DNA of 64,000 nucleotides, taken from the NCBI GenBank assembly GCA_020697715.1, contig JAEHCO010000005.1, positions 1 to 64,000 of the forward strand. The letters run 5' to 3'. Position 1 is the stretch's first letter, and each line of letters starts with the position of its first letter. The notes beneath the pieces are model-generated. The model worked only from the letters and a program-made list of their open reading frames with translations, searched no databases and was not told the DNA's origin. Positions 50,510 to 62,100 of this stretch are shown piece after piece. Source of the DNA: Methanobacteriota archaeon (GTDB taxonomy: Archaea > Thermoplasmatota > Thermoplasmata > SG8-5 > JAGLSY01). The position numbers were made by a program, and so were the translations under genes.

Positions 50510-53260
50510 TCAATCCCAGAACCTCTTCGTTCTCGCATATTTGACTTCCGAATTGAGGATGGCTGCTAAGAAATCATCCTCATCCTGATACGACCTCTGG
50601 AGTATCAAGGCCGCATTGCCTGGCCCCACACCCCGGGCGGCCAGGCAGAGCGCGGCTCTTTGTCCATGATTGCTCATCAAGGAGGCTGTTTTCATCATGT
50701 TCTTTATTTCTTTCTTCTCGGCAGGTGTGGGATTCTTTTTCTTTAGTAATTTGAGATTGTCCATCTGATGCCTTCTGATGGTGGCGACCATCACTCCTCC
50801 GCATCTCTCACAGGATACACGATCCGGGATGGATGCCACGGATCGTATGGTCTTGCTATTGCAGTTCATGCACACCTGCACCATGCGTTCCTTTTCCAAT
50901 CGTTTTTTGAGGGCCATGAGGATCGCGTGAGTTGGACGTGCTGGCATCATCATGTCCATCCTCTGCTCGATACCCTCCTTGCCGATAGGAGAAAGAGCCG
51001 ATCTCTCCAGAGCTATTTCCCCGCTCTGGATCTTTTCAATTATTTGAGTGGCCAGTGGTATGTTGAGGTTCTCGTACACCGTCTTATTAACGGATTCTTT
51101 CATGATGGAGGTTCCAGCATAGGTTCCCATTATCCTCTCGATGTTCAAACTGCGATAATCCGCATCTTTTCGAATAGCTCCGAACTTCTTGGCCACATAG
51201 ACGAACTTCCACCTGAGATAAGCCGTGTTCCTCAGATATAGTTTCAGAATGTCATTCACGGTGACTGGGTCGGTCTTTCTGAATATGTCCTCCACTATGT
51301 CGATATTGATCATTCTGGGCAGCAGGAGCATGATCCTGTAAGGGTCGGTTCGAACTGCCACGGATTCGCCCAATCTGGCCATCAGTAAAGCTGAGACCAG
51401 CTTTCCCAGGGTCTCATTGACCTTGGTCCCGAAGCAGGCATTGATGACGATGGTACGATCCGATGTCTCGATGGTCATTAATTTATCAGTGGGCATCAGG
51501 CATTTCGCCCTCTGTCCAGCCAGAAATTCCTGAGCCTTGTCCCTGGCATTCGCCCTTGCGGGATAATCATCATAATTCTCCCTTTCTCTAAGTCGGCCAA
51601 CTTCCTGGGCAATGGCATAGGGTATTGGAATGTCCTCCCCAGACCAGGATGGAACGGTTCCCAGGCCCAGAGAAGGCTCGACCAATATCGTGTCTTCTTC
51701 AAGTGACACGATGTTCCAGGGTCTTCCCCTGACAATGAGGGAAGCGGTTGGCTCGGCATAGGCGACGACAAAGCTCTCGTCCAGCTTGCCGATAGGCTTC
51801 CGGGTTGTGATATCGACAACTCGGAACGTTCTCTCATCGGGTATCATGGAAACATTATCGAAAAAGTGAAGTCGCGATCTCTTGTTCCTTCTGAACTCAT
51901 CATCTTCCACCCTGATGACCCTGATCTCTCCGAGTTGCTCGACAACTCGGTCATATTCCTCCCTATCCAGTGTCTGGAATGGATAGGCCCTTGTCACGAT
52001 CTTGAAGAACTCCTCGATATTCTCATCGCCAACCTGCATCGCGTGAGCGATCACCTGATTCGCCAGGACCACCAGCGGGTTCTTTCTGATATCGGTTTGT
52101 TCCAGCTCGCCAGCCAATGCTCTGCGAGCGACCACCAAGGATTCGAGTATGTCATCAGGCGTGTCGGTGACTATCACTCCTTTTGACAATTGGCCTATCT
52201 TGTGGCCAGATCGTCCCAGCCTCTGGACAAGTCTGGAAACCTCCCTTGGAGAATTGTATTGAATTGTAAAATCAGCCGATCCAACATCTATACCCAGCTC
52301 CAGAGAAGAGGTGCATATTAGAGCATCCAGCATCTGGCTTTTGAATTCATCCTCCATCTGGATCCGAATATCCTTGGAAAGCGAGCCGTGATGAACCCCG
52401 ACAGGATGATCGGGATCTATAAGATGAAAGCGAGCACCCAGTATTTCCGCAGAATCCCTCGTATTGACAAATAGTAAAGTAGAATTATGAGCCTTTATCT
52501 GCTCCGAGCAGAAGCGAAGGCGAGCGGCTGTGTCCTCATCCGAATGGATGGTGTCAGCCAATAGAACATCTCCCTTTTCAGGAACGGGAGATGAGACTTT
52601 CACCGACATCCGCTTGTCCCTGGCGACATTGACTATCTCTATCGGGCTGCTGCTACCTCGGAGGAACCTGGCCACCTCCTCCGGTGTGCCGACAGTCGCT
52701 GAAAGTCCAATTCGCTGAAAATCATGATCGGCCAGCACCCTCAGTCTTTCCAAACCGATGGACAGCTGAGCCCCCCTCTCGTCCTGTGCCAGCTCATGTA
52801 TCTCGTCCACAATGACGTGCTTGACATTCTTCAGGATGTTCTTCAATCGAGAGCCAGTCATCATTATCTGAAAGGTCTCCGGGGTCGTGATCAATATCTG
52901 GGGAGGCTTCAATACCTGTTTCCTGCGATCGTTCTGGGTCGTGTCCCCGTGCCTCACGCTCACAGTTATTCCCAGTCTTTCCCCGAACCAGGTCATTCTC
53001 TTCATCATGTCCCTGTTGAGTGCCCGAAGCGGAGTTATATACAGTGTGTGGAATCCGGCTGGCTCGGTTTCCAATATCTTATGAAATATCGGAAGGATAG
53101 CGGCCTCGGTCTTCCCAATGCCTGTGGGTGCGACAAGTAGAACATTCTTTCCTTCAAGTGAAACTGGAATGACCTGCGCCTGTGCATCGGTCGGGCGTGA
53201 AATACCCAGCTCCTTCATCGCATCCCTTATCCTGGGATCCAAAAGACTGAACTCGTTCAT
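50510..53260 (-). CDS. Lhr-like SF2 (DEAD/H) helicase
   Basis: APTGIGKT, PLRALNRD, DEIH, SAT, TSSLELGID, QRLGRSGH, C-terminal zinc ribbon. Confidence 0.93.
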   Translation of the reverse strand: MNEFSLLDPRIRDAMKELGISRPTDAQAQVIPVSLEGKNVLLVAPTGIGKTEAAILPIFHKILETEPAGFHTLYITPLRALNRDMMKRMTWFGERLGITVSVRHGDTTQNDRRKQVLKPPQILITTPETFQIMMTGSRLKNILKNVKHVIVDEIHELAQDERGAQLSIGLERLRVLADHDFQRIGLSATVGTPEEVARFLRGSSSPIEIVNVARDKRMSVKVSSPVPEKGDVLLADTIHSDEDTAARLRFCSEQIKAHNSTLLFVNTRDSAEILGARFHLIDPDHPVGVHHGSLSKDIRIQMEDEFKSQMLDALICTSSLELGIDVGSADFTIQYNSPREVSRLVQRLGRSGHKIGQLSKGVIVTDTPDDILESLVVARRALAGELEQTDIRKNPLVVLANQVIAHAMQVGDENIEEFFKIVTRAYPFQTLDREEYDRVVEQLGEIRVIRVEDDEFRRNKRSRLHFFDNVSMIPDERTFRVVDITTRKPIGKLDESFVVAYAEPTASLIVRGRPWNIVSLEEDTILVEPSLGLGTVPSWSGEDIPIPYAIAQEVGRLRERENYDDYPARANARDKAQEFLAGQRAKCLMPTDKLMTIETSDRTIVINACFGTKVNETLGKLVSALLMARLGESVAVRTDPYRIMLLLPRMINIDIVEDIFRKTDPVTVNDILKLYLRNTAYLRWKFVYVAKKFGAIRKDADYRSLNIERIMGTYAGTSIMKESVNKTVYENLNIPLATQIIEKIQSGEIALERSALSPIGKEGIEQRMDMMMPARPTHAILMALKKRLEKERMVQVCMNCNSKTIRSVASIPDRVSCERCGGVMVATIRRHQMDNLKLLKKKNPTPAEKKEIKNMMKTASLMSNHGQRAALCLAARGVGPGNAALILQRSYQDEDDFLAAILNSEVKYARTKRFWD

Positions 53261-53413
53261 TGTATTGACTATATAGTAGGAATATAGAATATAAAACTAA
53301 TGAGGGGGGATGGGTGAAAGTGATCGAACGCAAATTCAGATACGATAATAAAATATCACAAACTTGTAACCGAAAGCATTAATATTGCGATTTTTATGCA
53401 GATACCACTACGG

Positions 53414-53487
53414 GGGCCCGTAGCTTAGTCTGGTGGAGCGTCTGGCTCATAACCAGATGGCCGCCGGTTCAAATCCGGTCGGGCCCA
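53414..53487 (+). tRNA. tRNA(CAT), most likely tRNA-Ile2 (agmatidine type)
   Basis: Acceptor gggcccg/cgggccc-a typical of archaeal Ile2; arm tctgg-ct-CAT-aa-ccaga. Confidence 0.88.
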
Positions 53488-53610
53488 CTATTTCTTTACT
53501 TAAGAATTTCCTTATGGTAAGGTAATGATTTCAAGGGCATAATTGCTTTGGAAACAAATGATATCAATCTCAAATAGATAGAAATAACATGATACCATTA
53601 ATCATCCAAC

Positions 53611-54663
53611 ATGGAACATCTTGAGGATGAATTCAGCCTTCGGCTCCTTCGCCACCTGGTTTCAGGAGAGGGTGTGGATGTCAATATCAATGCTCTTGCC
53701 AAAAGACTCGGTATACACCGTACCACCGCAAAGAACAAGGTCAAGGCATTGATAGATCAAAAGATTCTGGATTACCCCAAATATCCATTCATCCATCTTT
53801 TTCAGGAGTATCCTTTACTCGTGCTTGCCTGGGCGGATATCCCGCGGATATCCCAAGCCAGGTCATTCTTTGAAGAGGATCTGAATATCTTTGCGGCATT
53901 TCCCTGCATGGAAGGTCCTTACAATACTCTTTTAATAGAATTCTTCGAGGATATGGAATCCTATCATTCATGGCGTGAGACTATAGTAAAAGATCAAAAA
54001 TTACCCCGGCGAGAGAATCGTACAGCTGCCGAGGTCTATATGTTTAGCAATAAGCTTGAATTCAAGTACGACCCAGCATGCTTCCTTAACAATATGCGGA
54101 GCGAATTCAAATCAAACAAGAAAATGATGATCGGTGACCATAAGCTGGATAAAACAGATTTCAGGATATTTGAATTACTCCTGAGCGGAGAATATATCCA
54201 TGTGAACGAAACATATCTGGCTAATAAATTAGGGACCAATAGAAAAAAGATAGGTCGTCGAATAGAGAAATTATTGAAAGATAACATTGTCGCTCCTGCA
54301 CGGTGCTATTTTCCAGATCTCCTCGCCCCTCCTAAATATAATATGATAATATCAATGATAGAATTGAAGTCGAATAGAAGTGAGATCAAGAAGTTCATTC
54401 TTGCAGATAATAATATCCCGAGGGCACTTGAAAGCAGTATTGGCAGGTATAATATTCTTCTATTCTCTGCATTCCCTGCTATTGATGAATTCTTTGAATG
54501 GGGGGATAGATTGATAAATAAATTCCCAGAGAGCATTGGAGCCATGTCAAATACGATCCTCTCATCTCGAACAATGCACACGATCAATGCTCAGAAGGTG
54601 TCTCTGGGGTTGATAGAAAAGATGTTGCTTGAACTTAGAAGGCAGAAGGCAAGGCAAAAATAG
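53611..54663 (+). CDS. Tandem Lrp/AsnC-like winged-HTH regulator
   Basis: NINALAKRLGIHRTT and LDKTDFRIFELL..LANKLGTNRKKI..RIEKL; G.YN motifs in both effector halves. Confidence 0.75.
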   Translation: MEHLEDEFSLRLLRHLVSGEGVDVNINALAKRLGIHRTTAKNKVKALIDQKILDYPKYPFIHLFQEYPLLVLAWADIPRISQARSFFEEDLNIFAAFPCMEGPYNTLLIEFFEDMESYHSWRETIVKDQKLPRRENRTAAEVYMFSNKLEFKYDPACFLNNMRSEFKSNKKMMIGDHKLDKTDFRIFELLLSGEYIHVNETYLANKLGTNRKKIGRRIEKLLKDNIVAPARCYFPDLLAPPKYNMIISMIELKSNRSEIKKFILADNNIPRALESSIGRYNILLFSAFPAIDEFFEWGDRLINKFPESIGAMSNTILSSRTMHTINAQKVSLGLIEKMLLELRRQKARQK

Positions 54664-54813
54664 ACACAACTTTATTATGTTTGCAATAGCACATTTGTCA
54701 TGTTTTTATTAAGTTAATATACCACAATGCACATATTTGACATTATAACTGTGATATTATCTTATATATTAAATTCTATTTTATTGGTATCATAATCCCA
54801 GGAGGGATCATAT

Positions 54814-56100
54814 ATGGCAGATGACGGATACAACGCATTTGAGATAGAACAGGAACAGTTTGATCGAATGGCTGATAGTTTAGAGCTGGATAAGAGCGTG
54901 AGAGACCTATTGCGTTCACCCATTAGGGAATATCATTTCAATATTCCTGTTAAAATGGATGATGGCACTTTCAGGATCTTCAAAGGTTTTAGGATCCAGC
55001 ATAATGATGCCCGTGGCCCATGTAAAGGAGGAATAAGGTTCCACCCTCAGGAGACCGCGGATTCCGTGAGGGCACTTTCAATGTGGATGACCTGGAAATG
55101 CTCACTTGTGAACATCCCTCTGGGTGGAGGAAAGGGCGGGGTCATCTGTGACCCTCATAACCTTTCACAGAGAGAGCAGGAGAACCTGTGTAGGGGATGG
55201 GTTCGTCAAGTATACAAGAACCTTGGCCCGGACAATGACATTCCAGCCCCAGATGTGATGACCAATAGCCAGCACATGCTTTGGATGTTGGATGAATATG
55301 AGGCCATCAGCGGAGGTAGATACCCCGGAGCTATCACCGGAAAGCCTGTTGGAATGGGCGGCTCACTTGGCCGAACTGAGGCAACAGGTTATGGTGTAGT
55401 ATTTGTGCTGAGAGAAGCCCTTAAGGAATTAGAGATGGACATATCCAAGACCACAGCTTCTGTCCAGGGATTCGGCAATGTTGCCCAATATGCTATTGAA
55501 CTCTTTATCAAATATGGTGGAAAAGTCGTTTCAGTCTCTTGCTGGGATCAGAATGACCAAACAACATATGCATTTTTTAAACAAGATGGCATAGATCTGA
55601 AAGAATTGAGGAAGATAACCAATCGTTATGGAACAGTGGAAAAATCCAGGGCGGAGGAATTGGGCTACAAGGTATTGCCTGGTGATGACTGGCTGAAGCA
55701 GGATGTAGATATTCTCATACCAGCCGCACTAGAGAACTCGATCCATAAGGACAATGTCAAGGACATAAGCAATAAGGTCAAGATCATTGCAGAAGGTGCT
55801 AATGGACCAACAACACCAGAAGCTGATGAGCATCTCTATAGCAATGATGTTCTGGTGATACCGTGCTTCCTGGCCAATGCAGGCGGAGTGGTATGTAGCT
55901 ACTTCGAACAGGTCCAATCCAATACCAATTATTTCTGGCCAAAGGACGAGGTCCTGGGAAAGCTGGACGATAAGATGACAGATGCCTACTATGCAGTCAT
56001 CGAACTGAAAAAGAGAAGAAATATTCCTATGCGAGATGCGGCCTATATGATCGCCATATCGCGCGTAGCAGAGGCCTGCCATTTACGTGGCTGGGCATGA
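54814..56100 (+). CDS. gdhA: Glu/Leu/Phe/Val dehydrogenase family, glutamate dehydrogenase
   Basis: GPCKGGIRFHP, GGGKGG, DIPAPD, TGK, QGFGNV, EGANGP, ANAGGV..SYFE. Confidence 0.93.
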   Translation: MADDGYNAFEIEQEQFDRMADSLELDKSVRDLLRSPIREYHFNIPVKMDDGTFRIFKGFRIQHNDARGPCKGGIRFHPQETADSVRALSMWMTWKCSLVNIPLGGGKGGVICDPHNLSQREQENLCRGWVRQVYKNLGPDNDIPAPDVMTNSQHMLWMLDEYEAISGGRYPGAITGKPVGMGGSLGRTEATGYGVVFVLREALKELEMDISKTTASVQGFGNVAQYAIELFIKYGGKVVSVSCWDQNDQTTYAFFKQDGIDLKELRKITNRYGTVEKSRAEELGYKVLPGDDWLKQDVDILIPAALENSIHKDNVKDISNKVKIIAEGANGPTTPEADEHLYSNDVLVIPCFLANAGGVVCSYFEQVQSNTNYFWPKDEVLGKLDDKMTDAYYAVIELKKRRNIPMRDAAYMIAISRVAEACHLRGWA

Positions 56101-59100
56101 TAATGGAAAGGGAACGATGATCAAAAAATTCGATGAGATCGAAAAGATCATAGCTGAAGCAGCTAATAACAAAAAGGCAGGGGAGGTTAGTTCAACCTCG
56201 AGAGCAGGTAGCACTGCCTCTCCACGCCTCATCAGGAATATTCTCCTACTTTGTACTGAATATGATTATTTCATTCTGGAGGAGGAGGGTAGATTGACAT
56301 CACTCTTTCGTAAGATGTACGACCACATTGGGGGTAACCCCCCAAAGATAATCAAGGCAGAAAATGAGAAAGCCTTGTTGTCCATCCTGAAAACAAAGGA
56401 CATTGATGTTCTGATCATGTTCAAACCTCCAATTGAAATGGATGCATTTGCCCTGGCCAGGAAGGTTAAAGATCAAAAACCAGATCTGCCAATAGTTCTG
56501 GTTGATAATAATACAGAAGACCTTGATGAGCTGGTTGAAGCAAATACTGGTGAAACCATTGATTGGATATTCACATGGTTCGGTGATGGTAAGATATTCC
56601 TTAACATAACACAGTTCATAGAGGATCAGCAAAATTTTGGATCAGATACACCAATTCTCCCTCAAAGAGTGCTGATCATTGCCGAGTCTCCAAGATATTA
56701 TTCTAATCTATTGTCAGAGGCCTATGAAGCAATATGGGGTCAACTTAACAGTATTTTGCCAGAGGATATGCCATCTCCTTTGGAAAGCAGGCTCAGAAGG
56801 AGATATCCCCAGGTCCTTATTGCAGATTCCACCAAAGTAGCCAAAACGATATTTGCTGAAAACCTAGACGATATTCTCTGTGTTATAATCGACATTGACC
56901 AATCTAATATTGAGAAAAATGAATCATTACTATATCAATTCATAGAAAGAGTTGTAGAGACCAAACCTTCAGCTCCTACGTTGTTGTTATCCTCAGATTC
57001 TAATTGGCAATCAATGTCAGAATCAAGTGAAATAGATTTCTTACAAAAGGGCTCTCCTAATTATATTGGCAAGATACGGAACTTCATTCAGGATTCTTTG
57101 GGTTCCAAGGACTTATCCATTTCGGATAAGGATGGAGCAGAATTGATAAGAATTGAAGATATCAAGACCTTTGAAAAAGCCATTTGGACAATGCCTGCCC
57201 CCATCCTTCTAGATCACTCTCACAACAATAGTTTGATAAGATGGCTTATTTCGAGATTGGAGTTCGAGCTAGCACATGAATTTAAAACCATTATTTCAAT
57301 AGAAGATGAGCCTGAAATACTCCGAAAGAACATGACCGATGCCATGGAACAACACAGGCGAGATCTCAATAAGGGGGTGGTATCAAAATACTCTCGAAGA
57401 ACCTATGGAGAGCATTCAAGATTCTGTCGGATCGGCAAAGGTGCCATGGGGGGAAAGGCTAGAGGGCTTGCTTTCATGGACAAGATAATATCAAATTATC
57501 TGGAGAATGGCTTGTTCAGGAATTTGAATATCTCAATGCCCAGGACCATTGTCATCTGTTCGGATATCTTCGATTCATTCCTTGAGGATAATGACCTGGT
57601 TAACGAAGAGCTCTACTTCATGTCTGATGAAAGAATAGCAATGAAATTCATGGAAGCTGACCTACCACCAATATTACTTGGTGATCTTAGAGCCTTCGTC
57701 AGAGAGACAAAGGTTCCCATTGTCGTACGTTCGTCAAGCCTACTGGAGGATGCTTTGAACCATCCATTTGCAGGGGTTTATTCATCCCTTCTTCTACCAA
57801 ATGAATCATGGGAAACAGATCTAAGATTCCAGGAGCTTTGCAATGCTGTAAAATATGTGTTTGCCTCAGTCTTCTTCCAAAAGGCCAGAACTTACATGGA
57901 AACAACCCCCAACACGATAGAGGATGAGAAGATGGCTGTCATTATCCAGGAACTCATTGGCCAGAAATATGGTGATGTTTTCTACCCCACGATTTCCGGT
58001 GTAACGAAATCATACGAATATTATCCATCTGGCTCATGTAAGAACACAGATGGTGTGGTCAACTTGGCTTTGGGGCTAGGGAAGGCCGTGGTAGATGGAA
58101 GTAGCACATTCAGGTTCTGCCCGATGCATCCCAAGGTCCACAAATACGGAACTGTGAAAGAACTTCTGGGTCAATCCCAAAAGAAGTTCTATGCTGTGGA
58201 TCTGACCTCTTATGTTAATATTGTTCAGCGGGATGAGGATAGTGCCTTGGTCAAATTAGACTTGACAACAGCTGAGGAGCATGGCATACTGGATCATACG
58301 GCCTCTACATATTCGAATGAAAGATTATATCCCGGAATTGGGAGAGATGGTTCCAGAGTCATTGATTTCGCACCCATTCGTGAGCTGGGTATCATACCCC
58401 TTCCTAAGGCGATCCACATGCTCCTTCAAGTCGGTGAAATAGCCATAGGAACACCAGTGGAGATAGAATTTGCAGTCAATATCCATCCAGAACCCAAGCG
58501 ACCAGTCGATCTATATCTGTTACAAATTAGAAGTATGTTCTCCAATGTGGCTACCCAGGAAGTGGAGATCGGCCAGCATGATGAGAAGAATATCATCTGC
58601 TATACCGAGAATGTGCTTGGTAATGGTATAATTGATAATATCAAGGATATTGTTTTTGTCAAGCCTGAAGGATTTGAATTATCCAAAAACCAATCCATTG
58701 TTCCACAGATAAGGAAATTGAATAAAAAATTGATGGAAAGTAAAACCCCATACATTCTGATAGGCCCAGGCCGATGGGGATCCACAGACCAATGGCTAGG
58801 AATACCAGTAACCTGGAGTGACATAGCAGGAGCGAAGATCATAGTAGAAACCCCTGTGAAAGAGAGAATAATCGATCCATCCCAGGGTTCGCATTTCTTC
58901 CATAATATGACATCCGCTCACATCGGATATTTCACAATAACTCCATTTGGAAAAGGAACCATTGATTGGGATTGGCTGGGAGAACTTCCCACTGCTGAAG
59001 AGACCGAGAATCTGAAGCATATTCGCTTTGACACTCCCTTGGAAGTACGAATAGATGGCAATCATGGTCTCGGTGTGATACTGAAAAAGCTTTCGAAAGA

Positions 59101-59128
59101 AGTAATGGAGGTTGCTGAAGATGAATGA
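56087..59128 (+). CDS. Receiver-like domains + PPDK/PEPS-type ATP-grasp domain + C-terminal His-containing domain
   Basis: MGGKARGL, VRSSSLLED..FAG.Y.S, MAVIIQ, LGLG..VV, EIEFA, LLQIR, GPGRWGS, GSHFF. Confidence 0.82.
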   Translation: MAGHDNGKGTMIKKFDEIEKIIAEAANNKKAGEVSSTSRAGSTASPRLIRNILLLCTEYDYFILEEEGRLTSLFRKMYDHIGGNPPKIIKAENEKALLSILKTKDIDVLIMFKPPIEMDAFALARKVKDQKPDLPIVLVDNNTEDLDELVEANTGETIDWIFTWFGDGKIFLNITQFIEDQQNFGSDTPILPQRVLIIAESPRYYSNLLSEAYEAIWGQLNSILPEDMPSPLESRLRRRYPQVLIADSTKVAKTIFAENLDDILCVIIDIDQSNIEKNESLLYQFIERVVETKPSAPTLLLSSDSNWQSMSESSEIDFLQKGSPNYIGKIRNFIQDSLGSKDLSISDKDGAELIRIEDIKTFEKAIWTMPAPILLDHSHNNSLIRWLISRLEFELAHEFKTIISIEDEPEILRKNMTDAMEQHRRDLNKGVVSKYSRRTYGEHSRFCRIGKGAMGGKARGLAFMDKIISNYLENGLFRNLNISMPRTIVICSDIFDSFLEDNDLVNEELYFMSDERIAMKFMEADLPPILLGDLRAFVRETKVPIVVRSSSLLEDALNHPFAGVYSSLLLPNESWETDLRFQELCNAVKYVFASVFFQKARTYMETTPNTIEDEKMAVIIQELIGQKYGDVFYPTISGVTKSYEYYPSGSCKNTDGVVNLALGLGKAVVDGSSTFRFCPMHPKVHKYGTVKELLGQSQKKFYAVDLTSYVNIVQRDEDSALVKLDLTTAEEHGILDHTASTYSNERLYPGIGRDGSRVIDFAPIRELGIIPLPKAIHMLLQVGEIAIGTPVEIEFAVNIHPEPKRPVDLYLLQIRSMFSNVATQEVEIGQHDEKNIICYTENVLGNGIIDNIKDIVFVKPEGFELSKNQSIVPQIRKLNKKLMESKTPYILIGPGRWGSTDQWLGIPVTWSDIAGAKIIVETPVKERIIDPSQGSHFFHNMTSAHIGYFTITPFGKGTIDWDWLGELPTAEETENLKHIRFDTPLEVRIDGNHGLGVILKKLSKEVMEVAEDE

Positions 59129-62100
59129 TGGCCAGATATCAGGAAATGGTGCAGAACAGAGGCTTGAAGAGAGAATAAAGGAGCTCAATTGCATATATGG
59201 TATATCCGCAATCACTCAAGATGAAAGCATCACCCTAAATGAAGCACTACAGGATATTCTCCAGCTGATCTCCCAAGCTTGGCAGTATCCCAATTCCACA
59301 TATGCTCGAATTATCATAGATGATGAAGTTCATTCAACACCAAATTATAAAGAAACGCCCTGGCTACAATCAACCCAAATAAAGCATGGAGGAAAAATCA
59401 AGGGCATTATAGAGGTCGGCTATCTTGAAGAGATGCCAGCCATGGATGAAGGACCATTCTTAGCAGAGGAAAGAAAGTTACTCAAAGCCATTTCAGAGTT
59501 GATTGGAAACTTCATTGCACAAAGACAGATCCGTGATAGACTAAATAATAACAATAATAACATCAACAAGGCAGCTGATAAAGATGACTGGGAAATAATC
59601 TTGGGCATATTGATGAAGACAGACCCAAGAAGTTCTCTTCGAATTACAAGGCGCATGATATATCATCTTTACAGAATCCAGAACGAAGAAATTGCAGCTA
59701 TTGTGAACAGTATATGCCAGCTGGACGAGGCAGATTCTGAGTGGTGTGGGATCAATATACCCAATCCCAGAAAGGATATTGTAGCCTTGAAAAAAATACA
59801 AGCAGAGGTTTTTAAAATTGCGAAGGACGCTTTACCACCTGAGGAGATATCAAATCTATTCAATATGTGGCTGAAGGCTGATAAAGCTCGCCCTCTTCTT
59901 CTGGCTTCTCAAAAGCAAAGTATTCCTTTGACAGAGATCACAAGTGAACTCAATAGGTTCTGGGATATGCCGGAGGATGCCAGAACACTACTTCCTGAGG
60001 ATGATATATCCATATCCACAGCCCTCATACGTCGATTTTTCACCAGTAGGCTTGATTTCATCAACAATGCAAAAAAATACATTGGTGTTGGAGATTTTGT
60101 CAGTCTTTTAAAGACAGTTGTTGGTCCCCCTGAAGGAGAAGGAAAGCTGGGTGGAAAGATATCTGGTGTATATCTTGCTGAAAAAATAATCGAGATGGAA
60201 AAAATAACCCATGAGCACCTGCGGGATGTGAAATTCGCTGATAGCTGGTATATCACTTCAGACACACTGATAGATGTGATCCATTACAATGATCTGGATG
60301 ATATGGTACACATAAAATATCTTGATCCAAGCGAGATACGCCAGGAGCACCCATTTCTGGAACAACTCTTCAAAAATTCAATATTCCCTCCTGAGATCGA
60401 GAAAGGCCTTAACAGGATATTGAGAAATATTGGAGACAATCCAATAATCGTAAGGTCATCCAGCCTTCTTGAGGACAGCTTTGGAGCTGCATTCTCTGGA
60501 AAATACAAAAGCTTGTTTTTGGTCAATAAGGGTACATTGGAGGAAAAGAGAAACGCACTCATGGATGCAATATTAGAGGTTTATGCATCTACATTTGCCC
60601 CGGATCCCATTGAATACAGGAGAGAGCGTGGACTCCTTGACTTCTCGGAAGAGATGGGGATATTGATCCAGAAGGTCGTTGGAACGAAAATAGGCCCTTA
60701 TTACATCCCGGCATTTGCAGGTGTGGCCTTCAGCAACAATGAGTTCCGATGGTCTCCGAGAATAAGAAGAGAGGATGGAATAATCAGAATGGTCGCTGGC
60801 CTTGGAACAAGAGCTGTGGATAGGGTCGGAGATGATTATCCTGTATTGGTATCTCCCAATAAGCCAGATATTCAGGTGAATGCCCTTGTTGATGAATCTA
60901 TTCAATATTCACAGCATTTCATGGATGTCATTAATATTGAAAAGGGAACCTTTGAAACAGTAAGCTCCCTGGATCTCATTAGAGAATATTGGGATGTTTA
61001 TCCAATAATAACCAAAATAGTTTCCATACATCGTGATGGAATACTCAGACCAGTCACAGGTGTATTGATGGATATCGAAGATGCGGATCTTGTCATAACC
61101 TTCTCTGGGTTGATAGAAAAAACTTCTTTCATCAAACAGATCAAAAGTGTTTTAAATATTTTGCAGGAAAAGATGGGAACCCCAGTAGACGTGGAGTTCG
61201 CACACGATGGTGAAAAACTTCACATATTACAGTGTCGTCCTCAAAGCTTTGGCAAGGAGACAGTACGAGTCCCAATACCAAAGAACATACCCAATAACAG
61301 GAAGATATTCTCAGCAAGTAAATACGTAACTAACAGCCACATAAAAAATATCGAATATATGGTCTATGTGAGGCCTAGTGCATATGATGCTTTGAGCGAG
61401 AGAAACGATATGCTGAATGTGGCCAAAGCCGTGGGTGGTCTAAATAAGGCTCTTCCAAAAGGTAGGTTCATCCTAATGGGGCCTGGCCGATGGGGAAGCC
61501 GAGGAGACATCAAGTTGGGTGTGCCTATTTCATATAGTGACATTAACAACACTTCACTTCTGATAGAGATAGCTATCAAAAAAGGAGGTTATCTACCTGA
61601 CCTCTCCTTTGGCACGCACTTCTTCCAGGATCTCGTCGAGGCAGATATCCATTATCTACCACTTTATCCTGACGATCCAGATTCTATATTCAATGAAAAT
61701 CTGATGAACATGGCCCCCAATAGGCTTGGTGAATTACTACCAAAATACAAGGATATGGAACATGTGATCCAGGTAATTCAGATCGCAGATATCTCTGATG
61801 GTGGGACCATGAATGTCGTAATGGACGGGGAAGCGAATGATGCACTTGCCTATGTCATGCCACCTGATCACTGGACCTGGAGGATGAAGAAGGTCGAGGA
61901 ATTAGGCAATATGCTGGATGCCGAATTGTATGGGGTTGAAGCATTTTATGTCTTCGGGAGCACCAAAGAAGCAACTGCTGGCCCGGCAAGTGACATTGAT
62001 CTTCTGATACATTTCAACGGAAATGAGGAACAGAGAGAGAGTCTTCTATCCTGGCTCCATGAACGTGGTGTCAAGTTGGGAAAGGAGAATAAAGAAAGGA

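Noticed and set aside
59543-59568. Poly-Asn tracts here and at the end of the NDP-sugar gene
   Set aside because: Mixed AAT/AAC codons in linker regions; not a phase-variable repeat
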